A stretch of DNA of 64,000 nt from the human T2T-CHM13v2.0 reference genome, Homo sapiens. This document shows positions 14,899-26,156 of the stretch, one piece after another. Position 1 is the first letter of the stretch. Each line of letters starts with the position of its first letter. The notes below the pieces were generated by a model, which made no database searches, was not told the origin of the DNA, and was given only the letters and a program-made list of their open reading frames with translations. Made by a program: the position numbers and the translations under genes. The stretch lies in assembly GCF_009914755.1 (NCBI RefSeq), contig NC_060941.1; one strand, given 5' to 3'.

Positions 14899-15430
14899 AA
14901 AAACAAGAATTAAACAAAGGCATTTTCTGATAAGCAAAATCTGAGAGAGTTGATCAGTGCAGATTTGCACTGTAGGAACTTTTAATGTTTGTACTTCAGA
15001 AAAAAGAAAAGTTAGAAACACAAAGGATAGCAAGTAAATAAAAGAATAGTCACTGGGAAAAATATAACAAACATTCAATTTGATGGAATAAACAATAACA
15101 ATCATAACAGCTAATTTATTGAGTTAAAATACAGAGCTGAAATACTGGACAATAATATCACATAAGCCAGACTGGTCATTTGAAATTAAAATTGTCAAAG
15201 TTCCTTATATTTTTCAGGAGAAATATTAGCATGCATTTTAAGCATAGTTTTAAGTAACACTATGCTAACCATACATGTTAGTATTCTAAAGGTAATTACT
15301 AAATAATATAAGTGTGGTTTGAAATGTATTTTCAAACCAGTAAAGGGAAAAAAAAGAACAAGGGGGAAAATATTTCAGTTATTCCAAAAGAATAAGAGAA
15401 AGGAAGAAAAATGAAAATGAAATGAAAGAA
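14899..15430 (+). mobile_element. Ancient L1M ORF1/inter-ORF remnant (right part)
   Basis: aaaggcattttctgataagcaaaatctgagagagtt continues the ORF1 remnant interrupted at 12952. Confidence 0.6.
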
Positions 15431-15439
15431 AAGAAGATA

Positions 15440-15950
15440 TCCTACTGGGGTTTGCCCCAAAAGCAGAATTTGTAATGAGGGCCTGTGTACAGGCATTTCA
15501 TTTGGGAACTAACTGAGGTAGCAGCAAGAAAAGACTGGGCAGAGTGAAACAGGCAACGGTGATGGAAAGCCACTCTAGGCATGCATCACTTAGATCCTCG
15601 TCATTTCAATCCCACCAGGCACCCTCTGAAGCAGCCCGAAGCAGATTCTCCAGAACTGTCCACCAAAGGGATAGAAGAAGAGGGTGTTTATTTTCTGGTT
15701 TCTATCCATCACCCATTGCCCAGAGGGTGTTAACTGCTTCTCAATGCCAGGTTTGTGCACGCATTAGAATAACGAGCATGTTCTCCTAGGTATCCCGTGT
15801 GGTGGCAACAGAGACACTCCAAGGGGAGGAAATGGAAGACTCACAGAACAGCTGAGAGAAGCTGATATCAGGTTACACCTGTGTAGAGCTGATTGCCACA
15901 ACAATAACTGGAATAAAATAGTGGATTAATATGACACAAATCTGGGCACT
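15440..15950 (-). mobile_element. Old ERVL-type LTR (LTR16-like)
   Basis: ggggtttgccccaaaagcaga...tttcatttggga resembles LTR16 3' end in antisense. Confidence 0.5.
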
Positions 15951-16435
15951 AGAGATGTCTGATAGAAACACGGATAGGAAGCAAAAATAGGGTGGCAGAA
16001 ATGAAATGCATGTTTATCGGAACCTGCAACAAATGCAAATGAGCTCGACTCTTTAGCTGAAAGGTACAGATCATCACTCTAGATTTCAATGTTAGTTCTG
16101 TGGTGTTTACAAGAGATACTTTGAATATAAGGTCACAGCGAAGTGGCAAATAAAAGGAAGGATTAACATTCCCTCCCCACACCGTTCCTGTCTCTTGTAG
16201 GTTGTTACTTCCCTCTGCAGACCCTTTCTAATTGCTGGTAGCCTTGGGCCATGTTTATCCCACTGAGCTTCAGAATGAGAGTTATAAGAGAAATTAGAAG
16301 TCTTCTTTACAAAAGAAGAAATGGAGACATAGGGAGAAGAAGAATTCTGTTCAAAGTCACAAAAGCAGGTAGAAGTAGACCTGGGACCAGACACTGGATA
16401 TTTTAACTTCAAGTTTATTTTCTGTTCCAGTACAC

Positions 16436-16643
16436 CATATGTCAGCAAACTTTTAAATGTAAGAGGTCGGATGTTGTAGTCTTTGCATGCCATTAGGTAT
16501 CCGTTGCAGCTATTCAAATCTGCCATTGTCGCGCAAAAGCAGCCACAGACAATATGTAGATGAATAGCCAAGTTGTATTTCAATAACATTTTATATACAA
16601 AGCAGCTGGATTCAGCCCATGGGCAGTGGTTTGCTGACCTTTG
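16436..16643. mobile_element. MER58A hAT-Charlie MITE
   Basis: TIRs gtcagcaaac / gtttgctgac; internal ctgccattgt..gc..aaagcagccacagacaatatgt; partial 8-bp TSD ending TACAC. Confidence 0.85.
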
Positions 16644-18199
16644 TGCTACACCGTGGTTATTTTCTCAGTTATACCAAAAATAATGTAACACAGCATCGTG
16701 TCCATATCACAGCTCTCCGGAGAGTCTCAGCCTTGCATTCTGGTGATACTCAGGTTTCATCTCAACAAATGAGAAATAATTGCAGCCACCATCCCGCATG
16801 AAGACAAAAAGGAAAAATGAAAATTGAAAAGATGTCTGACTGTTCTGTTTCAAGATGGCCATTTGAACCAGCACCTTTTCTTCCACTTTCTCTTACATTC
16901 CCTGGCAGGGCCCAGTCCCAGTGGTCTTCTGATACGGGGAGTCATGCTGGGTTAGGAAGGGGTATCATCTCAGTTTAATATCACTGTTTGGTAATACATT
17001 TCCTGGACACCCTCCCTCCCCACGTTTCTCAGTCTCCTGGGTAAAGTTCCTTCTCCCTGTGAAGGCCATTTGTTTCCTCATTCCAGACAAACACAAAAGA
17101 GGCCACCGAAACCTACAACAATAAACATTTTCCTTCTTTCCCATTTGCCCATAATTATAGATATTTTACCTTTTTTATTATATACATTTTCTAATATTTC
17201 TACAGGAACCAAAGATTTCTTTTTTAAGAGAGGAGAAAAGGGGTAGAAAGGGAGGTGTTCGGTACTGCTGCAGGAATTACTTTGTTATCCCCTTTCTGTG
17301 AGCTTCTCCTCCTCCTGACATGACAAGGGATGGTTTGTGCTTGTTAAAATACAAAAATTGGCACCCTGGAAGCTAAAAAAGGACAGAATTTAATTTGCCC
17401 TTTGTAGTTCCTCTTTTTTATTCCTTTTGGTAATATTTCATCAACACTGTGCTTTTCTCAAAAGTCACAGTGTATTATTCTTTGTTTTTGAAAAAACAAA
17501 ACAGAACAAAGCAAAACCCAAAGCTAACAGCCCTTCTACAAAGAACAATGGAAAATGAATAGCCACATTTCCCAGTGATGATTATTATTATGAATCTTTG
17601 TGAGAAAATGTCACTGGGGACTCAGCCATGGAATTGAATTTCTCTTCCAAATTTTATTGGCACTTATTGGGTCTGACAGTTTGATGAGAGAATTGCAGAT
17701 TATTTAGAAGCTCTTCCATCAATGATAGGATTCAGTTTGATAAAAAGCATTTGTTGAGTGTTAGTTACAACCTCAGTTACTGTGAGGAGGAAAGAAAAAA
17801 ATTAAATCTGCTGCCTTCCCTCCAAGAGGGGACGAAATGGAGAAATTCATGAAAGACATTAATCTTTTTATTCATTTAACCAGAATTTAGTCCTCAGTCA
17901 CTTTTTACACAGTCAAATAAGAAAGGTAGAAATCATTGCAGTACAGAATTGTTTAAACAGAGTTTCTCAGAGGGATGCAGAAAAATTGGGTGAAGATAAC
18001 TGGGAAGTTTTTCAGAAGGGATTAAACTGTCTTGATAGAGAAAGGCAAGGGAGATTGTATGTTCAAAGAATCACCTCCATGGCTATAATATCAAAACCCA
18101 CAGGGAGAAGATGCACATTTATTCCCTCCTCTGAGTGCCCTAGATTTTTTTTTTAAGAAAAAAAATTGTCTTCCACCAAACAGGAAAATGAAAACCAAA

Positions 18200-18876
18200 C
18201 AAACAAAATCCACTTTCCCACCCATGCCTTTGAGTGTGGGCTGGACTTAGTGACTAGAATAGAGTGTGGAAAGTATAAAAACCTTGACTGTATAGTGGAG
18301 AAAGCTGGCAAATGCCCTCTTTACCAGATAATCAGTTAACATCAACATCAATAAGACATATTGATTTCCAATACTCTCCATATGATGTGATGAGAAGGGG
18401 ACTTCATCTCTGTGGTATTCGTTCCAAAACCCATAACCCTACTCTAAGCATGAGAAAAACATCAAACAAACCCGAATTGAGGAACATCTGAAACTTTCTA
18501 CAAAATACCTGACCACGATGCCTCAAAACTATCAAGGTCATAGAAAACAACCAAGGGCTAAGAAACTGTCACAGACCACAGCAGACTGTGAGCCATGAGC
18601 TCTAAATGCAATGAGGTATCCTGGATGAGATCTTGGGACAGAAAAAGAAATGCATGGAAAAAAAACGAGTAAAATCTGAATAAAGTCTGGAATTTAGTTC
18701 ATGATAATGTACAAATAGGAGAGTAGTGTGACAATTTGTAGTTTTGATAAATATGCCAGGATAATGTAAAATGTGACAATGGGGAATGGCAGGCAAATAG
18801 GAGAGCGCAACTCTCTGTACTCTGTTTGCGACTTTTCTGTAAATCTAAAATTATTTCAAAATAAAAAGTTTAAAAT
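18200..18876 (+). mobile_element. L1MC-type 3' end
   Basis: atcctggatgagatcttgggacagaaaa ... acttttctgtaaatctaaaattatttcaaaataaaaagtt is an L1MC 3' terminus. Confidence 0.8.
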
Positions 18877-19173
<297 letters not shown>

Positions 19174-19594
19174 TTAAAACAATATAGTCCCTTAACCATT
19201 AATTAAGGTATGAAAATAGGTTTGTTATCCAACATCATAAAGGCATTATTATAATAAACCTGTACATGAGAACAATAGCCCCATGTGTAGCAAATGCTAA
19301 AGATGAACTCTATGATTTTCAGAGCATCTATTAATATTCATTTGAACTTTAGTTGGATCCAAATGATTTACCACAGGAGGATCCAGTACAACTATTCTAC
19401 TGCACAAGAAAAAGTAATAAAATATGACGAATTTGAAAAAATAGATCATCTCTAACAGCCAGCTTCCCACTGAAAGTCACATGAAGACAACACAGCACAC
19501 ACACAGATGAAAGCTCCCAGCCTGGAATCACTGAGACTTATGGCCAACCAGCCTAGCCAGGACTCTGCAAGGCAGCTGGAGCTGCTTGGGCAGC

Positions 19595-19737
19595 CATCAG
19601 AAAGAGTTTGCCTCATGACATGTTCGTGTTTCTTGTTGGAAAAAATACCACTGGCAAAAGTAAGAATACACAGGCATCAGAAAGAGTTTGCCTCATAACA
19701 TGTTCGTGTTTCTTGTTGGAAAAAAGTAAGAATACAC
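19595..19737. repeat. Imperfect tandem duplication (80-bp period, 2 copies)
   Basis: catcagaaagagtttgcctcat(g/a)acatgttcgtgtttcttgttggaaaaaa...gtaagaatacac starts at 19595 and again at 19675. Confidence 0.95.
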
Positions 19738-20019
19738 CTTCTTCCTTCCTCACTCCCTGTGTCTAAACACCATGCAGAAAACAGGAAGGCTTTGCTTTTC
19801 TTCCATGAATGCTGGCTTCCCAGACAATTATCGAACCCTCTGCTCTTACTCAGACAGTAGCTACAGAAAATAAGAGAAAAGAAGGCAGTCGTGGGGACTG
19901 AGCATGAGAACCTCCATCTTGGAAGATATTTTCCTCTTTCTCTTACTTTCTACACCCAATGTAAAGGAGATAGTGTTGGCTCTTCTGTCAGTACACATCC
20001 AGAACCCTGGCAACGTTTC

Positions 20020-20715
20020 TTTTCTTCTCTTTTTTTAACTTTTAAGTTTAGTGGTACATGTGCAGGTTTGTTACATAGGTAAACTTGTGTCACGGGGGTT
20101 TGTTGTACAGATTATTTAATCACCCAGGTATTAAGCCTAGTACCCATTAGTTATTTTTCCTGATCTTCTCCCTCTTCCCACCCTCCATTCTCCAGCAGGC
20201 CCCAGTGTGTGTTGGTTCCCTCTGTGTGTCTATATGTTGTCATCATTCAGCTCCCACTCATAAGTGAAAACATGCAGTATTTGATTTTCTGTTCTGTTAG
20301 TTTGCTAAGGATACTGGCCTCCAGCTCCATCCATGTCCCTGCAAAAGAAACAGTCTCATTCTTTTCTGTGGCTGCCTAGTATGCAGCTATTCATGGAAAA
20401 TGAATAGCCACATCTCCCAGTGATGTGTATGTGTACCACATTTTCTCTATCCAGTCCATCACTGATAGGCATTTAGGTTGATTTCATGTCTTTGTTTACT
20501 GTGAATAGTGCCGCAGTGAACATACTCATGCATGTATCTTTATAATAGAACAATTTATATTCCTTTGGGTATATACCTAATGATGAGATTGCTGAGTCAA
20601 ATGGTATTTATGTCTTTAGATCTTTGAGGAATCGTCACACTGCCTTCCACAATGGCTGAACTAATTTACCCTCCCACCAACAGTATGTAAGTGTTCCTTT
20701 TTCTCCACAAGCTCA
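20020..20715 (-). mobile_element. L1PA (older, ~PA13-16) 3' fragment inserted in an L2
   Basis: ttttaacttttaagtt...gtacatgtgcaggtttgttacataggtaaacttgtgtc 3'UTR; degenerate TSD ccct(g/a)gc...tttc. Confidence 0.92.
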
Positions 20716-21420
20716 CCCTAGCCGCTTTTCAACACCTCCATTAGCAGCACTATGGTCCTAGCCAACATCATCTCTCAACAGGATTACTACACAGGCCTTC
20801 TACATACTCCCTCTATTTTCAGTCTCAGAAACTAGAGTGATCCTGCTAAAATGGGAGTGACACCATATTATTCCTCTGTTCTAAAGCCTTCAGTTGCTCC
20901 CCATTTCCTTCAAGCACAACACACACCCCTTATAGTAATGTAAAAGACCTCACATATCTGACCACTGATTACCTTTCTAATCACATCTCCTACTCATCCC
21001 CCTCTTGCTCATTCTTCTCTAGCAAATGGAGCTCCTTGCCATTCCTCAAACATACCAGGTTTATTCCCACCCCAGGGCCTTTGTACTGCCAACTTCTCCT
21101 ACCTGGAGCTTTCCTTTGTTAGCTATTTGTATGGCTCTCTCTCTTCCTCATCTAGTCTTTTTCTATTAAAATATTCAATCCTATTAATATTTCAACTCAT
21201 GCCTACATATATTTATTCCTTAACCCCTTATTCTGCTTTAATTTTATAACATTTTTTCTATATAATTTATTTCTTTATTAAGCTTATTATTTGTTATCAA
21301 TAATAATAGATCCTACTAGGATGTAATTCCATGGGGAGAAGGATGTTTGTGTTTTGTTTATTGAGCAATGTTTAGAACACAATAGACACCAAACATCTTT
21401 GGATTAATAAAAGATAATGA
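20716..21420 (+). mobile_element. L2 3' region
   Basis: ggtcctagccaacatcatctctc..ggattact, cccagggcctttgtactg are L2 3' motifs; joins the piece at ~19970-20015. Confidence 0.75.
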
Positions 21421-23739
21421 TTCACAAAAGTAAGAGATGGAAAGAATCTCTCAGAAGAGTATGTTGGCTAATGCAGTATATTATATAGATGGGCTTAGAT
21501 ATTAAAGAACCAAGGAATGTGGGAAACAATGCCCCTTAGTAGATAGGAGTTGTCCAGTGAATAGAGCTGCCTATGTCAATGTGGCTTTTCACTGCAGGAC
21601 TGTGAAATGGATTTGGCCGTTAAATAAGAATTAAGGCCAATACAAGCATCCTGCCTGTTGACAGTCACTCTATTTGGACAGTCCTTGTTTTAGCCAACAG
21701 TGATATTTAAAAAAAAAACCATAAAAAATTAAAAGACAATCTACAAGCTGCCACAAGTATGCTGATGAAATTTCAGGCAAATAATATTCTTAAAATATAA
21801 AGAGTTTTCCAGTCTACACAAAAGACAATGTTTAATACCAGAAAGCAAAAACATAAGTAGGCAAAGTCACGTGGGATTAAAAAGTCCAATTTTTCTGGTA
21901 GCCAAAGAAATATAATTCAAAATAATGATATTGTTTGTCTGTATTCTATATTCAGATTTAAAAAGATTAAAGAATATGCATTATAAAATTGCCCACCTGG
22001 AAGGGTGTGTCAACATTTAGCATCTTTAGGTTTGGTAATCCCATGTAAATAAATTAGCATTTATTCTAGGGAAACTATCATGGAGGCATTAAATAATTGA
22101 GTAACCATTGTTGTTCATTGGAGCCTTGTTCATAACCTAAAAAAATTGCAAACAACCTACACATCCATATGTCATTGGTGAGCACAACAAATAGCTCAGT
22201 GAAAAGGTGTATGCAATCTAGAGTCATTGCTTGTATTTAAATCTCAGCCTTACCCCTTCCAAGCCGTGTAACTTTGGACATACTAGTTAATCATTCTAAG
22301 GAGCCACGAAATAGCATGTAATATTTTAAGAGGGATGAGAAGTTCGATGTTATTGGACCACAGATTTCCTTGGTAGGGATGGCGGTGGGAATGTGTTTGT
22401 GAAAATATATGGGGTTTAGGCCTTGCATGGTGCATATTGAGCGTGAGGAGCAATGGAAGGATCTGGCCAAGGGAGTCACTTGATCATATATGTATATAAT
22501 TTTGTAAAGATTACTTCAGCAGAATTGAGGAGGATTGACCAAAGCAAGGTGATGCCAGAGAACGCATCAGTTGGGAATGTCTCATAGCACTTCAGCCACT
22601 GGATGTGAGGATAATGGGAAATTGTGTACTTCCTCACTTGAATTCAATCCTTATTGTCTTTCCCATCAAAATCAATAAACAATGGGATTAGAGAATGACA
22701 GTTTGTGTGGAGAGGAGGGGAACATTCAGATCAATTTTTGAAATGGTCCAATGATTCTAGATTTGCTGTGCAAAAGGCTACCTCATCCCCTTCCCTGGTA
22801 GGACTCATCCAGGCAGCTGGGGTTCAGTGTCATGTTGAGCTGGATAACAGCCTAGATCATTTAGAGAGCTGCCCTAAGCAAACTCTTGCTAGTAGTTTTC
22901 ATGCTTTTGTTTTCTCCTCTTAAACATTAAGCAAACAAACATTCAGCAAACAAACATTCATTTTTAACACATTCTTATCTCTGCCCAGTGGTCAGGGACA
23001 GCTAGCACTGGCCCAAGCAGTGGTCAATAAGAAGTTCCAAATCTTTTACTGCTAAGGGATGTCAATGCCTTACTGGCAAGCTGGAGACAGAGCTTCAAGT
23101 TTGAGAGAGAACTGTGTGTGGGGTGGTGGGGCCGGGGTGGGGAGAGATGGGAATAGATAAGGAGGGAGGGAGGGAAGAAGGAGGTAGCAATTAAAAAGAG
23201 AGAAAGAAAGAGCTCCAAAAGGAAAACTGTGTAAGACCAACTTCAGAAGTCAGCAGAGCCACTTCCTGCAGCTCTACACCCCACTGTAGCTATCACACAC
23301 AGAGAACAACATTCAGTCGTCTTTTTGATCAGTTGCTGAGGCTTCAAAATGTGCCTTTGAAACACAAGGCACCATCTGGAAAAAATGACTTCCAGTCAAC
23401 CCAAAGGCCCCACAGACTGAGGAGCCCTGCTCCGAGCCAGCTGTCCTAACTTGCCATGTTGCTGCATCGCCCGGTGCTCCAGGCTGAGCCTCCATGAAGC
23501 AGTGGGCCTAGGATGTCCTAGAGCACTAAATCCCTTTCAGCAGACTTTGCGGCATAGAAGAGAATATGTTTTGAATGTTTGCGCTTTGGGATTTCTGGAT
23601 TTCATTAAGGAAATATGGGGAGTCAGGTACAAATCAAATGACTCCTTGGCATAACTTCATTTTCCTTTGTCTCTTCTCTCTTCCTTCCCACCATTCACCT
23701 GTTGCATAATGCAGGGGCTGCTTGGGAAGTGTGTAAATT

Positions 23740-24585
23740 AGGATTAGGTGAGCTGCCAATATCTAAAAGTTATCATGGCTTAAAAAACTTAGAAATCTAT
23801 TTGCCTCTTATGTAAATGAGGCAGGCAGCCTTGGTTTACTGAAGGAGTTACAATAGAATTAATAGAAACCAATGATCTTTTCAATGAGTAAGTCCACCAT
23901 TGCTAGGAAAAGAGACTTTTTTCTCATGATCAAAGATAAAGGCCAGAACTCCAACAATCATATTGGAGTTCTAGATATCAAGACGAAAGGAGGGACCAAA
24001 AAGGAAAGGGGCAAAGGTCACATGTTAGCAATCTTTTAAAGACATTTCTTAGAAAGTAGTCTCCTTCACATATTATTGACCAGAATTTAAACATGTGCTC
24101 AAACATAAATGCAAAGACAATTGAGAGATGGAGGCTCAGCCAAAAATCTAAGATATTAAGAAAGAGGGGAGAATAGAAACTGTGTTCTCTGCCATCGTTC
24201 ACCATTTTGGCTACTAAAATACTCATGGGAGGCCTTGTAATGGGAAGAATACATTCATGCTCGTCTTCAAACCAGTAAACACAGAGTGCTGCCTCTAGCT
24301 GCAAGTCTAAGATCTGCAATCTTCTATTTCCAATGCCACATGCTGCTTCATGTAGACTGGCAACTTCTATATTTAAAGATAAGTTAGCTCTTAACACACC
24401 ATAATACACAAGGAATGACAATGAAATCTCCCACTTTGAAAAATGGGAGAATGAAAACCACAGCAGTCATTGGTTTCTAGCCATGATAAAACGCTGCTAG
24501 GCATAAATAGTGTGTACTCCTGATCTGGAAGTGGAGAACCTTCCTTGGTTGGAGAATATTCCTCGTGCTGGGCTCTGGGAAGAAT
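23740..24585 (-). mobile_element. Old MaLR (MLT1) LTR plus adjoining internal sequence
   Basis: tggcttaaaaaacttagaaatctattt MLT1 motif; LTR ends ~24195 followed by internal-like sequence. Confidence 0.5.
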
Positions 24586-24587
24586 GT

Positions 24588-26108
24588 TCCCTTTTTTTCC
24601 ATATTTTTGCCAGCACTTGTTATCTTGTCTTTTTGATCATAGCCATCCTAACAGGTATGAGATGATATCTCATTGTGGCTTCAATTCACATTCCCCTGAC
24701 AGTTAGTAATGTTGAGAACCTTTTAATATGCCTGGCAGCCATTTGTATGACTTCTTTGGAGAAATTCTATTCAGGTCTTTTGACCAATTTTAAATAGGGT
24801 TATTTGTTTTCATGCTATTGAGTTGTTTGAGTTCCTTATATATTTGGATATTGACTCCTTATCATGTGTATGCTTTGTAAAATATTTTCTTCCATTCTGT
24901 AAGGTGTCTGGAGAATTTTCTTTGATGTACAAAAGGTTTCTAGTTTGATTTCAGTCTATTTTTGCTTTTATTGCCTGTACTTTTATATTCATGAAATCAT
25001 TGTCCACCTCAATGTCATGAAGCTTTCTCCCTAAATTTTCTTCTAGTATTTTTATAGTTTCAGGTCTTACATTTAAGTCTTTAATCCATTTTGAATTGAC
25101 TGTGTATACAGTGTGAGATAAGGGTCCAATTTAATTTTTCTCTATATGATATTCAGTTTTCCTGACACCATTTATCAAAGACACTATTCTTTCCCAATTC
25201 CATAACCTTTGTCGAAGATCAATAGCAATAAATGTGTGGATGCATTTTTGGGACCTCTGTTGTTTTATTGGTCTATCTGTCTGCTTTTATGCCAGTACCA
25301 TACTATTTTGATTACTATAACTTCGTAGTATATTTTAAAATCAGATGGTGTGATGTTTCCAGCTTTGTCTTTCTGCTGAAGATTGCTTTGTCTATTGAGG
25401 ATCTTTTGTGGTTCTTTATGACATTAGGATTTTTATTTCTGTGAAAAATACCATTGGAATTTTGATAAGGATTGCAGTAAATCTGTAGATCTTATAGGGC
25501 AGTATGGACATTTTAAGAATATTAATTCTTCCAATACAGGAATACAGATATCCTTCCATTTATTTGTGTCATATTTAATTTTCTCCTCAATATTTTATAG
25601 TTTTATTGTATAGGCATTTTATCTCCTTGGATAAATTTATTCTTAAGTATCTCAGGGTTTTTCAATGCTATTGTAAATGAAATGATTCCCTTCATTTCTT
25701 CCCAAAAATATATTCCATTTTAAATTTTATTTATTTGAACTTCTTTTCCTTTTTAATTAGTTTAGCTAAGTTTTGTTCCAAAAAAGAAATGAAGGAAATA
25801 ATTTCATTTATTATTGTTGTTAGTGTGTAGAAATGCCACTAATTCTTGAATGTTGATTTTGTATCTTGCAACTTTACTGAATTCATTTATTAGTTCCAAA
25901 AGTGTTTTGATGGAGTCTTCAGCATTTTCTATATATAAAAATCTACAAACAGAATATTTTATTTTTTCCTTTCTCATTTGGGTGTCTTTTCTTTCTTTTT
26001 GCTGGCAAGTTGCTCTATCTAGGACTTCCAGTATTATATAGAAAAGAAGTGGCAAAAATGGGCATTCTTGTCTCAGTCCTGATTTCTTGATTTTGGAGAA
26101 AAATCAAT

Positions 26109-26156
<48 letters not shown>

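Noticed and set aside
16107-16589. 160-aa minus ORF
   Set aside because: Spans MER58A and MIR; no recognisable protein similarity
19595-19737. Repeat-spacer appearance
   Set aside because: Only two copies in mammalian DNA; not a CRISPR array
22930-22960. 15-bp tandem duplicate AGCAAACAAACATTC (also 11-bp TGAGTATATTT x2 at ~60251)
   Set aside because: Ordinary slippage micro-duplications
23978-24421. 147-aa minus ORF
   Set aside because: Lies in degenerate MaLR sequence; no recognisable domain
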